A stretch of DNA of 64,000 nucleotides. It comes from Spironucleus salmonicida (Eukaryota). A program made the translations under genes and the position numbers. The notes under the pieces are model-generated. The model was not told the DNA's origin. It was given only the letters and a program-made list of their open reading frames with translations, and searched no databases. Where the stretch lies: contig NC_090603.1 in NCBI RefSeq assembly GCF_000497125.1, positions 186,001 to 250,000 of the forward strand, read 5' to 3'. Below are positions 1-12,099 of this stretch, piece after piece (within the stretch, counting starts at the first letter, position 1; each line of letters starts with the position of its first letter).

Positions 1-806
1 AAATGCTCGAATTTCTGCACAAGCTCGCGAGCGATCTGCGCTAACTCGGTCTCGACGTTTTTGAGCCTATCCGCGACGTGACCCAGGACGCCTTCGGACC
101 GCCCTGCTCGATGCATCTCACAGACTCCTCGTTGAGGCGGCTCTGGAGGTTCGTCCACGAACTATTATAGTATTATAGTATTATAGTATTATAGTATTAT
201 AGTATTATAACTATTGCAACTATTATAACTTCTAAGCCTACTGCAGTATCACCGAATTCGCACCTTTTCGAAGGTCTGAATTTTGCTTTCCGGGCTCGAA
301 ACCCCCTCCGCGAAGTCGCAAGAATGCGCTGTTTGGGGGCATGATACTGCTTAATCTGGGAGTGCATGGCTCTTAATGTGTTGTTTTGCGCTGACTGAGT
401 TTTTGGTCGAATTTCAGAGGGTTCCGGGTGTATGTTTGGGAGCGGGAAAAGGGCGAAAAGGAAGGACTTTAAATCACTTCTTTCATAGAATGGACGTAAT
501 GCACTTTTCCGGTGTAGCGGCGATCGTTTAGCACTGCTTTTCGAAAATGTGGAGCTTTCGGTCAATAAGAAGTCGGTAAAGTGAGCAATCTGGTAGGTGT
601 CGTTTGGGGATTATAGCGGAGATTGCGATATCGGATTTTGTGTCCGGGCGATTTCGATGAACGGGGCTGGTTGAGGCATGTAGAGTTTTTCAGCTTCTTC
701 GGTTTGGCGAATTCGTCGTTTTTCAGCGAGTTTAGGTAATTGATGTGTGAAATGTGCGCATAGTCGTAGTTACTCGCGAAATGCAGCGTTTACTGGTGTT
801 TTTCAT
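1..806 (-). pseudogene. Hypothetical ORF, probably frameshifted near its start, running to the window edge
   Basis: Table-6 frame appears open from 802 down through the 197..565 ORF (KTPVNAAFREQLRL...MPQPAPFIEIART...). The ATG at 806 is out of frame by one extra A in ATGAAAAAC. Confidence 0.25.
163..209. repeat. TATTATAG microsatellite (5 perfect copies + 1 partial)
   Basis: Direct reading of tandem 8-mers from 163. Confidence 0.9.
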
Positions 807-993
807 ACTGGAAATGAAGCTGCATGTCGCTTTTTCGATGGTATCATTTTACGACTTTTTTGACGATTTGGTTCAGAACGTTCGCGGAGTACTCTAAGTT
901 TTTGAGTATTAAGTTCGCATGAACCGCACTCCTCTCACCTGATGCAGTATGTCCGGCAGGTAAAGATGCCGCAGGCACGAGTAGGTGAAAAAC

Positions 994-2095
994 TCAGCGT
1001 CGGTGTTCGTGTAGAGGGGGCAGGTTACCGCCCAGCATTAGGTTGATGCAGGGACCGCGAGCAGTGCCAGTCGCAGTATACGAACCCCATGTGGTCGCCG
1101 CAGGAACCGCCGAGCCCGAAGTTTCTTGTGGAGTGTGAAATTTTGTCACTAGGCCTACATCTGCGGATTTTAATACCTGGCGGCAGTTATGGAGGCGCAT
1201 TTGGCTGAAAGTGTTAATGCGGAACTGGTACTTCGCATCATTCGCCCTGCCTAAGAACCACCAGAAGCCGCTGCTGATCTTCCGGTAGTCCGGGAGCAGT
1301 TAGAACACGTAGGTGGCCGTACCGTGAATTTGAATAACTAGTAGAGATTAGATGAATCGAAATTAACGTCGAACGCTAGGGTGGACTTCGCTCCCTTGCA
1401 GGGCTAGAACGGCTTCTGGGTCAGCGACACCAGGTAGTGGATTACTGTGTCCTTTGGGAGTTTCTGCTGCTTGCCGACTTACAGCGCGTATTCTGATACG
1501 TTGAACGTGAAGTTTGAACATTGCGGCTCCGGGGTGAAGAGGTTCAAAGTGTTTGGTGCCGTGCTATTCAGGATCGTACTCTTCAATTTTGGCTGCTGCT
1601 TGAATTTTTCATTTTCTGGTACATCCTGCACCTCCTCAGCGTGGTTGAGCGCGGAATCGAAGGTGAGGAAGTCCCAAGGGGCTGGACGGATACCGGGAGC
1701 CGCACCTGTATAACTATCGTGTTTGACGGTAGGATACGCCACTGAGGGACAGCAGATGCTTCATGATCTCTAACTGCAATTCTGGCGTGCTCATTTTTAG
1801 GATTAATAGAAATTTACCCCTAATATTATCTAATAGTTGTGCCTCTGAAATGAGCGAAACGGTGTACGTCAAGCTCACGGTCAGAGCCGGGGTCAGCACG
1901 CGGTACACCTGCTGAGGCTGCAGCTGCACTGGTATCTTGCAGGCGATGGGCCTTACTGGACCAGGAGCGCTGCTGTAGGTGACCTACCTCCACCACAGGC
2001 CGCTGGGAAGCGGGCCGGCCAAGATGCTGTTTGGGTACACCTGGAAGGCCGTGGCGCTGGGTCGCTGTGCGGGAGCACATTGTGGGGAACAGAAA
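994..2095 (-). pseudogene. Degenerate GC-rich coding remnant with frame changes
   Basis: Protein-like segments lie in different frames (QVYRVLTPALTVSLTY..., AYPTVKHDSY..., HGTATYVFQLLPDYRKISSGFWWFLGR...), ending at TGA 994. Confidence 0.3.
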
Positions 2096-2323
2096 TCACT
2101 CGTGGAGGACAACCCAGTAGTAGGTAAGGCCCTCGCATAGGAACACCTTCACAGCGCTCTCGAAGCCGCAGCAGCCAAGGACCGCGCTGGGATAGATCCC
2201 GGAGTACTCGCCCAGCAGGTAGTCGAAGAGCCGCCGACCAGGCTGGGTGGGCTGCCGCGAGCGCAGGTGCTTATCGTACAACGTGAGAATGACCGCATTG
2301 GGAGCGGAACGATTCGAAGCGGC

Positions 2324-3793
2324 TCACTCCACCAGCGCCCCGCACAGGACGACCAGCGGCTCTATCTTCTGCCGGTACACGAACGCCGCCAGCCTCGTTG
2401 GCAGCGCCACCGGCTGGGAATCGCCCTCCTGGTACACCATGCTGCCCCGCTGGACGTACCGCTGCCCCACCCGGACGGCCAGGTTAATGTCCACACCAGG
2501 CCTCCGGATGAAGGCCGGGAGCGCGAACTGCTACAGGCTGGCGGCATCCTGCTGCCCGGAACCCACCCCAATGCACCGCACGCTCAGATGCGTGACCGTT
2601 CTGACCCTCACGAGCCTGGCTAGCGCAGACAGTTGGTCCGGCGGGATGCAGATGTTGCGGAGCCGGAGCCGCTCCACGGACGGGGTACTGACCAGGACCA
2701 GCCGATCCAGACGCACCCTATCGAGCTCCAGCACCACGACCGAGGGCTGCAGGTAGAGCACCGAGACCGCGGTGTAGGAACTGTCCGTCCCGCGCACGAT
2801 AAACCGCTAGAGCCCGTGTGCTAGCTGCATCACCCTAGCCAAGGAGGTGCTTTCGTTGGTTACGCCCTCCAGGACTATCTCTCGCAGGTCCGGCAGTGAA
2901 TCGGCATCGCACTGGAAGTTATTAACAATACACTTTGTGAGGGTGACGCTCCGCATCCGGGGGTGCAGGTAAATATCACTCTGGACCATTGTGAGCGCTA
3001 ACGTCTCCAGTACCTTCATCCTAGACATGTCTGATATGTGCATAAGTCGGGTCCTGTGTCCCCGCAGCGTCAGATGCCGGAGCTCACCGGCCATGTGCAA
3101 GAACTCACAGATGGAGGGGCAAGCTTGAGGGAGGATGGCGTTTACTAGATACAGCGTGTGGAGGTGGGGGAAGCTATCACGCTCAAACCTTAGACCGGAT
3201 AGTTTGGACCGCACCACGTGGATAGACTCTGTAAGGTGTGGGATGCATAGTACGCCCTTGGCGTACTCTATACGGAGCTCAACACAGAAGATCTGGCCAA
3301 AGTTCGGTGTGAGTATGATTAGCGCGTCTGGTTTTCCATGCAGGGTGATACTCCGGATGCTGCATGCCTACGGGAGCAAGTCTAGCAGGGACTACCATGC
3401 AATGGACACCTGCACGCGATCATAGTATGACATGACCACCTCGGTCAGGTTCGGGAGGTCGCGGCCCTGGGGGTTGCGGCACATAATGGGCGAGTCGACG
3501 ATGGTGAGCCTGGCGAGGGCGGGGCCGACATCCATCTTGCCGCTCACGCGCTCAAGCCGCAGATCACGCACGTTCTCCACGTACCTGAGCGGCTCCGTCC
3601 CGTCCATATCGGCGAGGGCCAGGCTGGTCAGAGCATCCAGGCGCACTGCGGCGTCCCACCTGCCGTCGAGCGAGAGGTGTGCTACGGGGGGATCGGGAAG
3701 CTCGGCTGCGGCCGGTAGCGTGGTAGTCATGAGGCCCTGGGACTCTGGGGCAGCATCCCCGCTGCGGTCTGCCGCGCGCGCACCATCTGTCAT
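2324..3793 (-). CDS. Leucine-rich-repeat-like hypothetical protein, 489 aa
   Basis: Track ORFs 3392..3874, 2807..3217 and 2531..2797 share one frame and join through TAG=Gln. It has LxxLxL motifs (PHLHTLYL, LRHLTL, LETLAL, LPDLREIVL) and ends GAGTGA. Confidence 0.7.
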
Positions 3794-3860
3794 TTTTGGT
3801 GCGAAAGGAAAGGGAGCGTAGGCAGCCCCCCTAGCTGCGGCCCGCGCTACCCTGACGCCG

Positions 3861-4171
3861 ATGCGGGCGCTCAATCTGGAGGTGGAGTAGCAGAGCGACG
3901 ACCAGAGTGACTATAACCTGGTCAGCTCGTGATGGAGAGGAACCTGGAGGGGCCGGGGAACGCCGTGCAGCCGGTGAACCGCGTCATGAGCAGCTTCCAG
4001 AAGATGCTGACGATCGTGTGCGGGATCCTCGTGGGGCTCGTGTTCAACGTCCTGGTGCTCCCCTTCGTGCTGCACAGCAGCATGTCCGGGGAGCTGCGCG
4101 TCGGCGTCTTCTGTGGCGTCCTCAGCAGCCTGGTGTTCGCCCTGTTCGTGGGGCTGGCCGGCATTCCGTGA
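3861..4171 (+). CDS. Small two-TM membrane protein, apparent 1-nt frameshift near 3922 (or starts at ATG 3932)
   Basis: Two hydrophobic helices (IVCGILVGLVFNVLVLPFVL; GVFCGVLSSLVFALFVGL). The ATG 3861 frame (MRALNLEVEQQSDDQSDYNLV) joins QLVMERN if one C is restored in GTCAG. Confidence 0.5.
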
Positions 4172-4230
4172 GCTTCTTTCGTGTCACTCGGGGTCGTCTC
4201 CCGCGGCACCTCGTGATAAACAGGAAAACG

Positions 4231-5403
4231 TCACTCGGCGTAGCTCTTGAAGTAGTTCTGGATCAGCACGAACGGGGTGCCCTTGTCGCCGCTGCCCGTG
4301 GTGAGGTCCGCCAGGCTCCCGAGCAGGTCCGTCAGCGCCCTGGGCGTGGTGCCCTGCGCGGCGATGCTACCCACCAGGTCCGCGCTCTTGCGCCTGATGA
4401 GGGCGCGCATGGCCTGCTCCGCCTCCGGGCCGCTCAGCCCGTCCAGCTCGTTGTCGGCGGCGTACTTGAGCTTGATCTCGTTGGGGAGCCCGCTGAGACC
4501 CGCCGTGAAGCCGGGGCTCACCACGGGGTCCGCCAGCTCCCAGATGCCGCCGACGGGGTCCTTGAAGGCGCCGTCGCCGAAGACCATGACCTCGAGCGTC
4601 CTGCCGGTGCGGGCCAGGAGGTCAGCCTGGATCTGCTCGACCAGGGCCTGCGAGTCGCGTGGGAAGAGCTTCACCTGGTCGTCCCGGGCGAGGTTGCTGC
4701 CGAGGAGCCCGAACTGGGGCTGGAAGCCGGAGCCGTCCACGCTGGCCGTGAGCAGGTCGTCCAGGCAGAGCACGGTCCGCGCGCCTTGACTGAGCAGACG
4801 CTGCTTGGTGCGCCCGCGGGAGTGGATGTCCGCGGCGATGACGACGTCGGTGTAGGCGAGGATGTGCGCGGGGTCGTTGCTCAGCACGATCTCGCAGTTG
4901 GGGCCGGCGACGGACTTGTAGTATTCGATGTAGTCTACGCCGGTGAACTGGTGGATGGTGCTCGGGAAGTGGGCGCGGAAGGCGGCCTCTGTGAAGTGGT
5001 CCGAGTGGGGGTTAATGCCCTTGGCGAGCAGAGCCTCAATGGGGAACAGCAGGTTGCCTACCTCGTCGCCCGGGTAGGACAGCTGGATGACCACTTTGTC
5101 CACGCCCTGCGCGATGCCCTTGAGGAGCATCGAGAAGCGGTTCCGGGACAGGATGGGGAACACCAACCCTACCGTACCACCGCCTGTCTTGGTGCGGACG
5201 TCGGCAGCGATGGCCGCCGTGGAGGCGTAGTTGCCCTGGGCGCGGGCGACGACTGACTCGGTGATACAGACCACGTCGCGGTCCTGGAGGGTCACAGAGT
5301 TTTCTTGGGCCGCCTTGAGAACGGTATCGACCACGATGGCGCGGAGGTCGTCTCCCTGCTTGATGATCGGAGCGCGGATGCCACGAGACACAACGCCTAG
5401 CAT
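4231..5403 (-). CDS. cofE: F420-0:gamma-glutamyl ligase-like (CofE/DUF129) protein, bacterial type, 390 aa
   Basis: Motifs GIRAPIIKQGDDL, DVVCITESVVARAQG, GDGAFKDPVGGIWELADP, SLADLTTGSGDKGTP. Ends GAGTGA, with CCCACTTCC upstream. Confidence 0.85.
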   Translation of the reverse strand: MLGVVSRGIRAPIIKQGDDLRAIVVDTVLKAAQENSVTLQDRDVVCITESVVARAQGNYASTAAIAADVRTKTGGGTVGLVFPILSRNRFSMLLKGIAQGVDKVVIQLSYPGDEVGNLLFPIEALLAKGINPHSDHFTEAAFRAHFPSTIHQFTGVDYIEYYKSVAGPNCEIVLSNDPAHILAYTDVVIAADIHSRGRTKQRLLSQGARTVLCLDDLLTASVDGSGFQPQFGLLGSNLARDDQVKLFPRDSQALVEQIQADLLARTGRTLEVMVFGDGAFKDPVGGIWELADPVVSPGFTAGLSGLPNEIKLKYAADNELDGLSGPEAEQAMRALIRRKSADLVGSIAAQGTTPRALTDLLGSLADLTTGSGDKGTPFVLIQNYFKSYAE

Positions 5404-6665
5404 TTTAGGAAGTGGGACTTTACTTAGATATAATTATTTTAGTATATATACATGATAAAATTTGTGGTTCTGAAAATTGGTTCCCAAGGTATATGCACTT
5501 ATTAACTCTCAAGTATCATTATAAATATTGAAAACTCAGGCTAAAACTAAAATTTCATCTAGTACTCAGAATAAAGTGAAAATTTGCATACTAAACACAC
5601 ATATTTATATCCTTCTTATTTTTTTGTGGTTCACATTTTGTGGGTCGTTATTTATTTTTATCTATCTACAAGTAAAACTATTATAGTAGTAAGTAGCTCA
5701 TACTAACAGTAACTTTTGTTTGCTTTAGTTTTAAAGGCAGCGAGGCATGTTATGATCACATCGCGGTCATAAAAAATGGCTTGCCAGTTTTGAAACTGAA
5801 GACTGCCCTAAGTGGCTTTTGGTATTGACTACTTACTACTGGAGGGGGCCTACTGCTTGGTACTGCTAATCGCCGGAAGCCGAATATTCTTATCGGTGGC
5901 CTACTCATCTAAGGTAAATCCGTTGCAGGCATTCAATTAGAATCCCTAGAGTCGCGCAAATCCCACCTACCCTTCGCACCACTGGCATGCCTTTACCATT
6001 TATTTGGGCATCAGCCTTCTGAGAGGTAGCGCTGGATCAAAAATATACGCGTGCTCCGCCATGGGCTTCATAACCCCTTGCTACTATGCGCCTGGGTGTT
6101 CCCGGCGCACGCCTACTGCTCCATCTTGCCACCCCTAATGCCACCAGCCCCAGCTACTAGTCCCATCGAAGCTTCTAGGCGCAGCGTGCCTCGGGCTTCA
6201 ACTGCGTGTTTAGCCGCTTTGCTACTTTGGGTGGCTGTTTGCTGCACACAGTAAGGAGGAGTGCTGCCATATGGCCCAAACCATGGCGGCAGGATTCCGG
6301 TCCAGATGCCTGATGCACTCGCTCCGTATTCCGATATTACCAGACCTGGGTGCGCTGCCTACCACACTCAGGGATAGCGCTAGAAGCTAGAGCCTATTTC
6401 GAAGTATCGCAGCGATTGCCGGCTCCCGCTCGTTAAATAAGCTTGCTGAATGTGACATTATCAGCCCAGCCAATTTTGAATTTTGCATACCTTGCGCTCC
6501 AGACCTGTCCCTGCACATTCACACCTACCACCCACCAACAATTTTTCATTCTCACTCTGCCGCCACTTCCCCACCCAGCTCATCCTGTACCTTAAACCTC
6601 CTAACTCATCACACACCAATAAACTTTACCAGATATACCAAATACTATGACTTCGATACTTTGCT

Positions 6666-8546
6666 TCAAAGGTTGTCGTCGTCTACTTAAAGCTAGAGAT
6701 TCTCCTTTTTCACCTCCAAATCGCCATAGACCGAACGCTGTGCCTTCCGCTTCCTCGCGACCGCAAATGCTATAGCGCCACCAATGAGCCCTACAAGCAG
6801 AACCAACCCAGCAACGATTCCGGCGATTGACCCACCGCTCATCCTCTAAACCGGCTGCGCGCAGAGACCGTCGACCATTTCGGACCCGTTTTGGCATGCG
6901 TAGCAAATATCTTAATCTTAGCAGCTTTTGCAGTTCTGGCTGCAGCTTTAGCACGTCCCTTTGCTACTGAAATATCCTCCAGCGCACTAAAGGCATGTGT
7001 TGGAATCTGTGCAAGTGGTGCAGCCTTCCCGGCAGTTCTCACACGTGTTATTCAAGTATTTCTTCTCGCAGAATTTGCCACTTGGACAGGCTTTGTCGCT
7101 GGTGCACTCGTGGGACTCCTGCTTTTGGCAAATATCGCCGTCCAGCGAATATCCCAGGTTGCATCTCGTGCACTTTGTTGCGGTACTGCAGAACTTGCAC
7201 CCCTCGGAGCAGTTGGTGCAAATATTGCCGGTAGGCAAAATCTCGCAAAATGTATCATAATGACACTATTTTGAGTCTGTGCAAATTTGCTTAACGCACG
7301 TTTACTCATGCAACCTGTAGCCATCTATGCAGGCGGTGCAGGACTTGATATCGGAGCAGGCGGAGCAGCCCTCAGCGCAGGTCTCGCACGTGCTTATCCA
7401 GGGGTAATACAAGCAGAATTTGCCACTTGGGCAGGACTTGGACTTGGAGCACTCGCGAGGCCCCTGTTTTTGGCAAATATCTTGATCCAGCGTATATCCC
7501 AGGCCGCACCTCGTGCACTTTGTCGCACTTTCGCAGGACCTGCACCCGTCGGAGCAGCTGGTACATACGCCGTTTTTGAGGAAATAGTTATCGTAGCATT
7601 TGGTGCACTGCTTAGGTGAAATGCAGATATTGCAATATACTGCGCAGTACACGCACTTGCCGTCTTCTACCCCATAGATATTTTCACATCTTATGCAGTT
7701 TCCGGAAATGTCAGCGTCAACGCAGTTTTTGGGCAAGGTGACGCACTTGTTGCCCGCGGGATCCCTGGCGCAGAATTTATTGTCAGTGCATTTGTTAACA
7801 TTGTTACATTCGTTTAATATGCACTTTCCGCTCTGAGTGTCGTATCGCTCCTTGCAGAGGCGGCACATACTGTCGGATTTGCAGTCCATGCAGTTATCAC
7901 CGCACGAAACGCACATGCCGTTCTTCAAGAAACTTCCGTCTTGACAAGTGATACAGGAGCCTTCGGCTGTGCATTTGCCGCAGTTTTCAGGGCACGACGT
8001 GCAATTGCCGTCCTTTAACGCAAATGAATATCTGCATGACGTACAAACTCCCTTATTGCAGGTCTTACAACCGATGGAGCATGTTTTACAGACCATTCCG
8101 CCCAGTTCGAAGCCATCGAAGCAAGCAGAACAATTATTTGAGTTCGTACATTTAACGCAGCCGGTGCTGCATTTATGGCAGTTAGGGCCACCTTCAGTAA
8201 AAAATCCTGGGCGGCAAATATTGCAATCACCATACGTGTTGCAGTCAATACAGTTATCTGAGCACTTATAACAGTAACGTTGATCCAACTTATATCCTGA
8301 AAGGCAACTAGTGCATTCATAATCGTTATCACATCTTCTGCATCCGGCTTGGCAAAGCTTACATGTCCAATCTTAAAGGAAATAGCCCTAATTGCAGGTA
8401 ATGCATTGCGATAGCAAATTTGATAGGCAACTGGCACAGTTATAAGTCTTGCAACGAAGACACATTTTATCTTGACCACTTGATGCGTAAAATGGGCATA
8501 CAGTACCGCTGGGGCATGTTTTATCAGGGCAGATATAGGATGACAT
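6666..8546 (-). CDS. Cysteine-rich membrane protein (CRMP/VSP-like), 626 aa
   Basis: ORFs 8388.., 7302.. and 6987.. join in frame. Many CxxC furin-like repeats, C-terminal TM GGSIAGIVAGLVLLVGLIGGAIAFAV, then RKRK and a ~25 aa tail. Confidence 0.9.
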
Positions 8547-9762
8547 TTTATGAAGAAACGGAAAAACCACAATCTCAGTATTTACAGTAAACTTCAAATT
8601 AAAATTTGTTCATTTCTTAATTTCTTGTACAGTTTAATATAAGGAAAGGAATAATATTTGAGGACGTATCGCTTTTTAAGCTTAGTAATATTAACGATAA
8701 ATACGTAGAAGTTAGAAGAAACTAGGCGTATATTGTTAGGTTCAGAAAATGTAGTAAAATTTCAATTTATAATTTTAAACATAAATACGTAATATACAAG
8801 TAAATATAAATTATTTTATTCGGGGTTTGTATAGAATTTTGAGATATTGTATAATACATTCCAAGCATAATATGCAGTCCGCACTAAAAATCTTATTTAA
8901 CATACAATGTATTACTATTTAATTCATTTAGCACCAATCATAAAATAAAATATAGTAAACAAATAATGTATAAGGTAGCGAATTAACTTGAATATTTGAA
9001 ATGCATAAAATATACGATAATTTACAAGAGTTTTTGTAACCATTCATCATGAGGTTGCAGCTCATTATTTTAGTAAATTGCGTATTTACATAAAACTCCA
9101 GCTTATTTGAGAATCATTTCCTAAAGATCATCAAATACACGCAATTTTTTATTTACCTTCTCATTATTAACGCGTATTTTTACTACACCAATTCAATTAT
9201 GTCATATATTTGGTAAATTATCAGTCGAATTTATTATATAGAATGTGAGCGCAATATAATAAATCTCTGCCCTTATAAATAGAGGCGGGATTTACTGTAT
9301 CGCCAGATACCAGTCCATTAGCCTTCCTATTTTTGAAACCATTGACTAGTCCGACCTTTATTCGTTACGGCCGCTTTACCTAATAACTGGGCTTGGCGGG
9401 ATATTGGGCGGGGTTTTTGTGGCCGGTATTCAGATATTGGTTGATATCAGGGGGTTCAAGCAGCCTAAGCAGTGAGGATGTGTAATTGTGATTTTTGCAG
9501 TTCTGTGCACGTGCGCATAGCACTGAGCCGTTCGCATATTATTTACGAAAAATTATCCATAGATTATATATAATATTTTTTAGAGTTAGAAAGTAGTTTG
9601 CTACATATTAGGTGCACGCAACTCTCTGCCTCTAAGTAGAGTGTTTTTTCTGCTAACCTTCTGCTAACCTATTCTTTCAACGAGACCCCCAGCATCTAGA
9701 TTCGGAGCTCAGGCTAACCCTACGCGGCCCTACTCGCTGGGCTCGGTATACGCCCCCCAAGA

Positions 9763-10467
9763 ATGCCAGCCTGCCGCAACATCTCCGCCCAGCCTGCCCT
9801 CGAAGTAGCCAGGGAGATCGCCGCCGTGATCCGCGCCAAGCCCGACGCCGTGCTCGGCCTCGCGACTGGCTCCACGCCCATCCCGGTGTACCAGGAGCTC
9901 GCGCGCATGCACCGCGAGGAGGGCCTCGACTTCTCCAGCGTACGCTCCATCAATCTGGACGAGTACTACGGCCTCTCAGGCGACCACCCCCAGTCCTACC
10001 GCCACTTCATGCACGAGCACCTGTTCCGCCACGTGAACATCCGGCGCTGCAACACGCACTTCCTCGACGGCTCGGTACCACAGGACTGCATCGACCGCGA
10101 GTGCGACCGCTACGAGGCGCTCGTGTCCAGCTGCCCTCCGGACATATGGCTCCTCGGGATCGGCCTCAACGGTCACATCGCCTTCAACGAACCGGGATCC
10201 GCCTGCGAGTCCCGCACCAGGTTCGTGAGCCTCACTCCCTCCACCATCGAGGCCAACCGCCGCTTCTTCGGCGTCGATGAGCAGGTCCCCACTTCCTCCC
10301 TCACGGTGGGCATCTCCACCATCCTCAAGGCCCGCAAGCTCGTCCTCCTCGCAACCGGCGACGCCAAGAAATGCGCGGTCGACGCCGCCTTCGCCAGCGT
10401 GTCGTCCGACTGCCCGGCCTCCTTCCTTCAGGGCACCGACTGCGGGTTCTGGGTGGACTTCGAGTGA
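9763..10467 (+). CDS. nagB: Glucosamine-6-phosphate deaminase/isomerase, 234 aa
   Basis: LGLATGSTP, NLDEYYGL, GIGLNGHIAFNEPG motifs. Ends GAGTGA. Confidence 0.95.
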   Translation: MPACRNISAQPALEVAREIAAVIRAKPDAVLGLATGSTPIPVYQELARMHREEGLDFSSVRSINLDEYYGLSGDHPQSYRHFMHEHLFRHVNIRRCNTHFLDGSVPQDCIDRECDRYEALVSSCPPDIWLLGIGLNGHIAFNEPGSACESRTRFVSLTPSTIEANRRFFGVDEQVPTSSLTVGISTILKARKLVLLATGDAKKCAVDAAFASVSSDCPASFLQGTDCGFWVDFE

Positions 10468-11020
10468 TTCTTTCGCTTGTTTACAAGGCCAATTTTCTCA
10501 TAGTATCATATTACGGTTACTTGTACAATATATATTTATATATTCTCACGCTGTGCCATATTATTAGGGATAATAATATTATTTCTCAGAATAGTGGTAC
10601 AGTACACATAGGGTACAAAGCGATAAATACTTCAACCAAGCTCTAAAATGCTTGGGAATGCCTGATATTAGCTATACATGATTGGTATAATACTAAATGT
10701 CGCAGCATTCCAGTGCTAAATTCTAAAGACTATCGTATAACGTGTTTCAATAACGAGACTTCCCTACATCCATAAATTAGGACTGTATAGCGATGATGAA
10801 ATATTGGTACTAACGCTGCAACTACACACCTCCCTGGCCACCTTTAGGAGGATCTAAAGTAAGCAATCATCCTGTCCACTCTCGCGCAGAGGCCCATCGC
10901 ACTCTATAGTAGGAGATCTTTTAAAATATTGCATATGCCTATTTGGATCGCTGGCCACGGCAATTATTATCGAAGGCGGATCTGGATACAGGTAAATATA
11001 CCGTGCGCTAAAAATGTACA

Positions 11021-11093
11021 GGGCTGGTAGCTCAGTTGGGAGAGCGCATCCCTAGCATGGATGAGGCCCGGGGTTCAATCCCCCGTTAGTCCA
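11021..11093 (+). tRNA. tRNA-Ala (AGC)
   Basis: Cloverleaf: acceptor GGGCTGG/TTAGTCC with G3:U70, D arm GCTC/GAGC, anticodon CATCC-CTAGCAT-GGATG, T arm CGGGG-TTCAATC-CCCCG, discriminator A. Confidence 0.97.
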
Positions 11094-12099
11094 AATTTTC
11101 CAAATTGCAGAAGTACATACGGAAAGCAACTATGATTTTTTGATTTGTCATAGTAATATATTTCTATGTATATCAAGGAATACCCAGGCCTGAACTCACT
11201 CTATTCCTAGCTCCCGCTTAAGTAGGTCACTAATCTCGACCCCATTCCTCTTAAATTTACCATCTACTAAATCAAAATGAGATGGTCCAGAAACTGGAGA
11301 CGATAGCCATAACTACTAGGTAGGGTTTTGTTTGTTAAGGACATACTGACCATTGTTCGCCGGAAATTAAAGAACTCCATATGACAGCTATGTATCTACA
11401 TTAAGCGCTTTCTCGACAAGACTCTAGATATTGTTTAACACGGATGTTACCTGAAGTGAGTACGTCATTTTTATAATAGTATACAAATACTATTTTATAT
11501 ATAATATTAAAATAAATTTGTAATAATACAGTGCTACAAACATACTTTTACTTGGATACAAACTATTGTAATATTGACCAGTATGCTACACAAAGGGGTA
11601 GAGCTGATATTCTGCTGAAAAATATATTAATAATCAGCTGAAACTTAAAAACTAGTAGTATTATTATGAGTTATTATAAGTTATAGTATATAATACATAT
11701 TACGAACCTATTTAGACCAACGTAATTATTTTATCTACTATGCGGCAATTCCTCAGCTTTCTAGCTGCTATATAACCATCTCCCTCTTTATCTCCCACAC
11801 CTAACCCTAACCGTAAACCCTTCCCTCAGCCACTAATTTTCACTCCACTTAAAAACATAATTTACACTAATCTATGTACTATTTATCAGTAATTTACATT
11901 TTCCCTTCCATTTCACCAAAAACAAGACTGGCAAACCTTCTCTGAAACCATCCAAAATTACATTATTATACCATTTTATCATAATATAATAATCACCCTG
12001 TTTTACTTTTCCCCTTTCAAATTTAACCACTCCAATTCATCCCCTTCCACAAATTTCCTTTCCTTTCCTTTCCTTTTTCACTCCACTCCGCTCCACTTT

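Noticed and set aside
3907-5256. 449-aa + strand ORF
   Set aside because: Antisense shadow of the GC3-rich CofE gene with no motifs.
5750-6450. Moderately GC-rich stretch with partial ORFs on both strands
   Set aside because: No frame gives a convincing start, stop signal or protein motif.
11166-11459. Short ORF after the tRNA with an internal TGA and terminal AAGTGA
   Set aside because: No recognisable motif, so it cannot be distinguished from chance or a decayed gene.
11801-11812. CTAACCCTAACC telomere-like motif
   Set aside because: Only two copies within a pyrimidine-rich intergenic tract.
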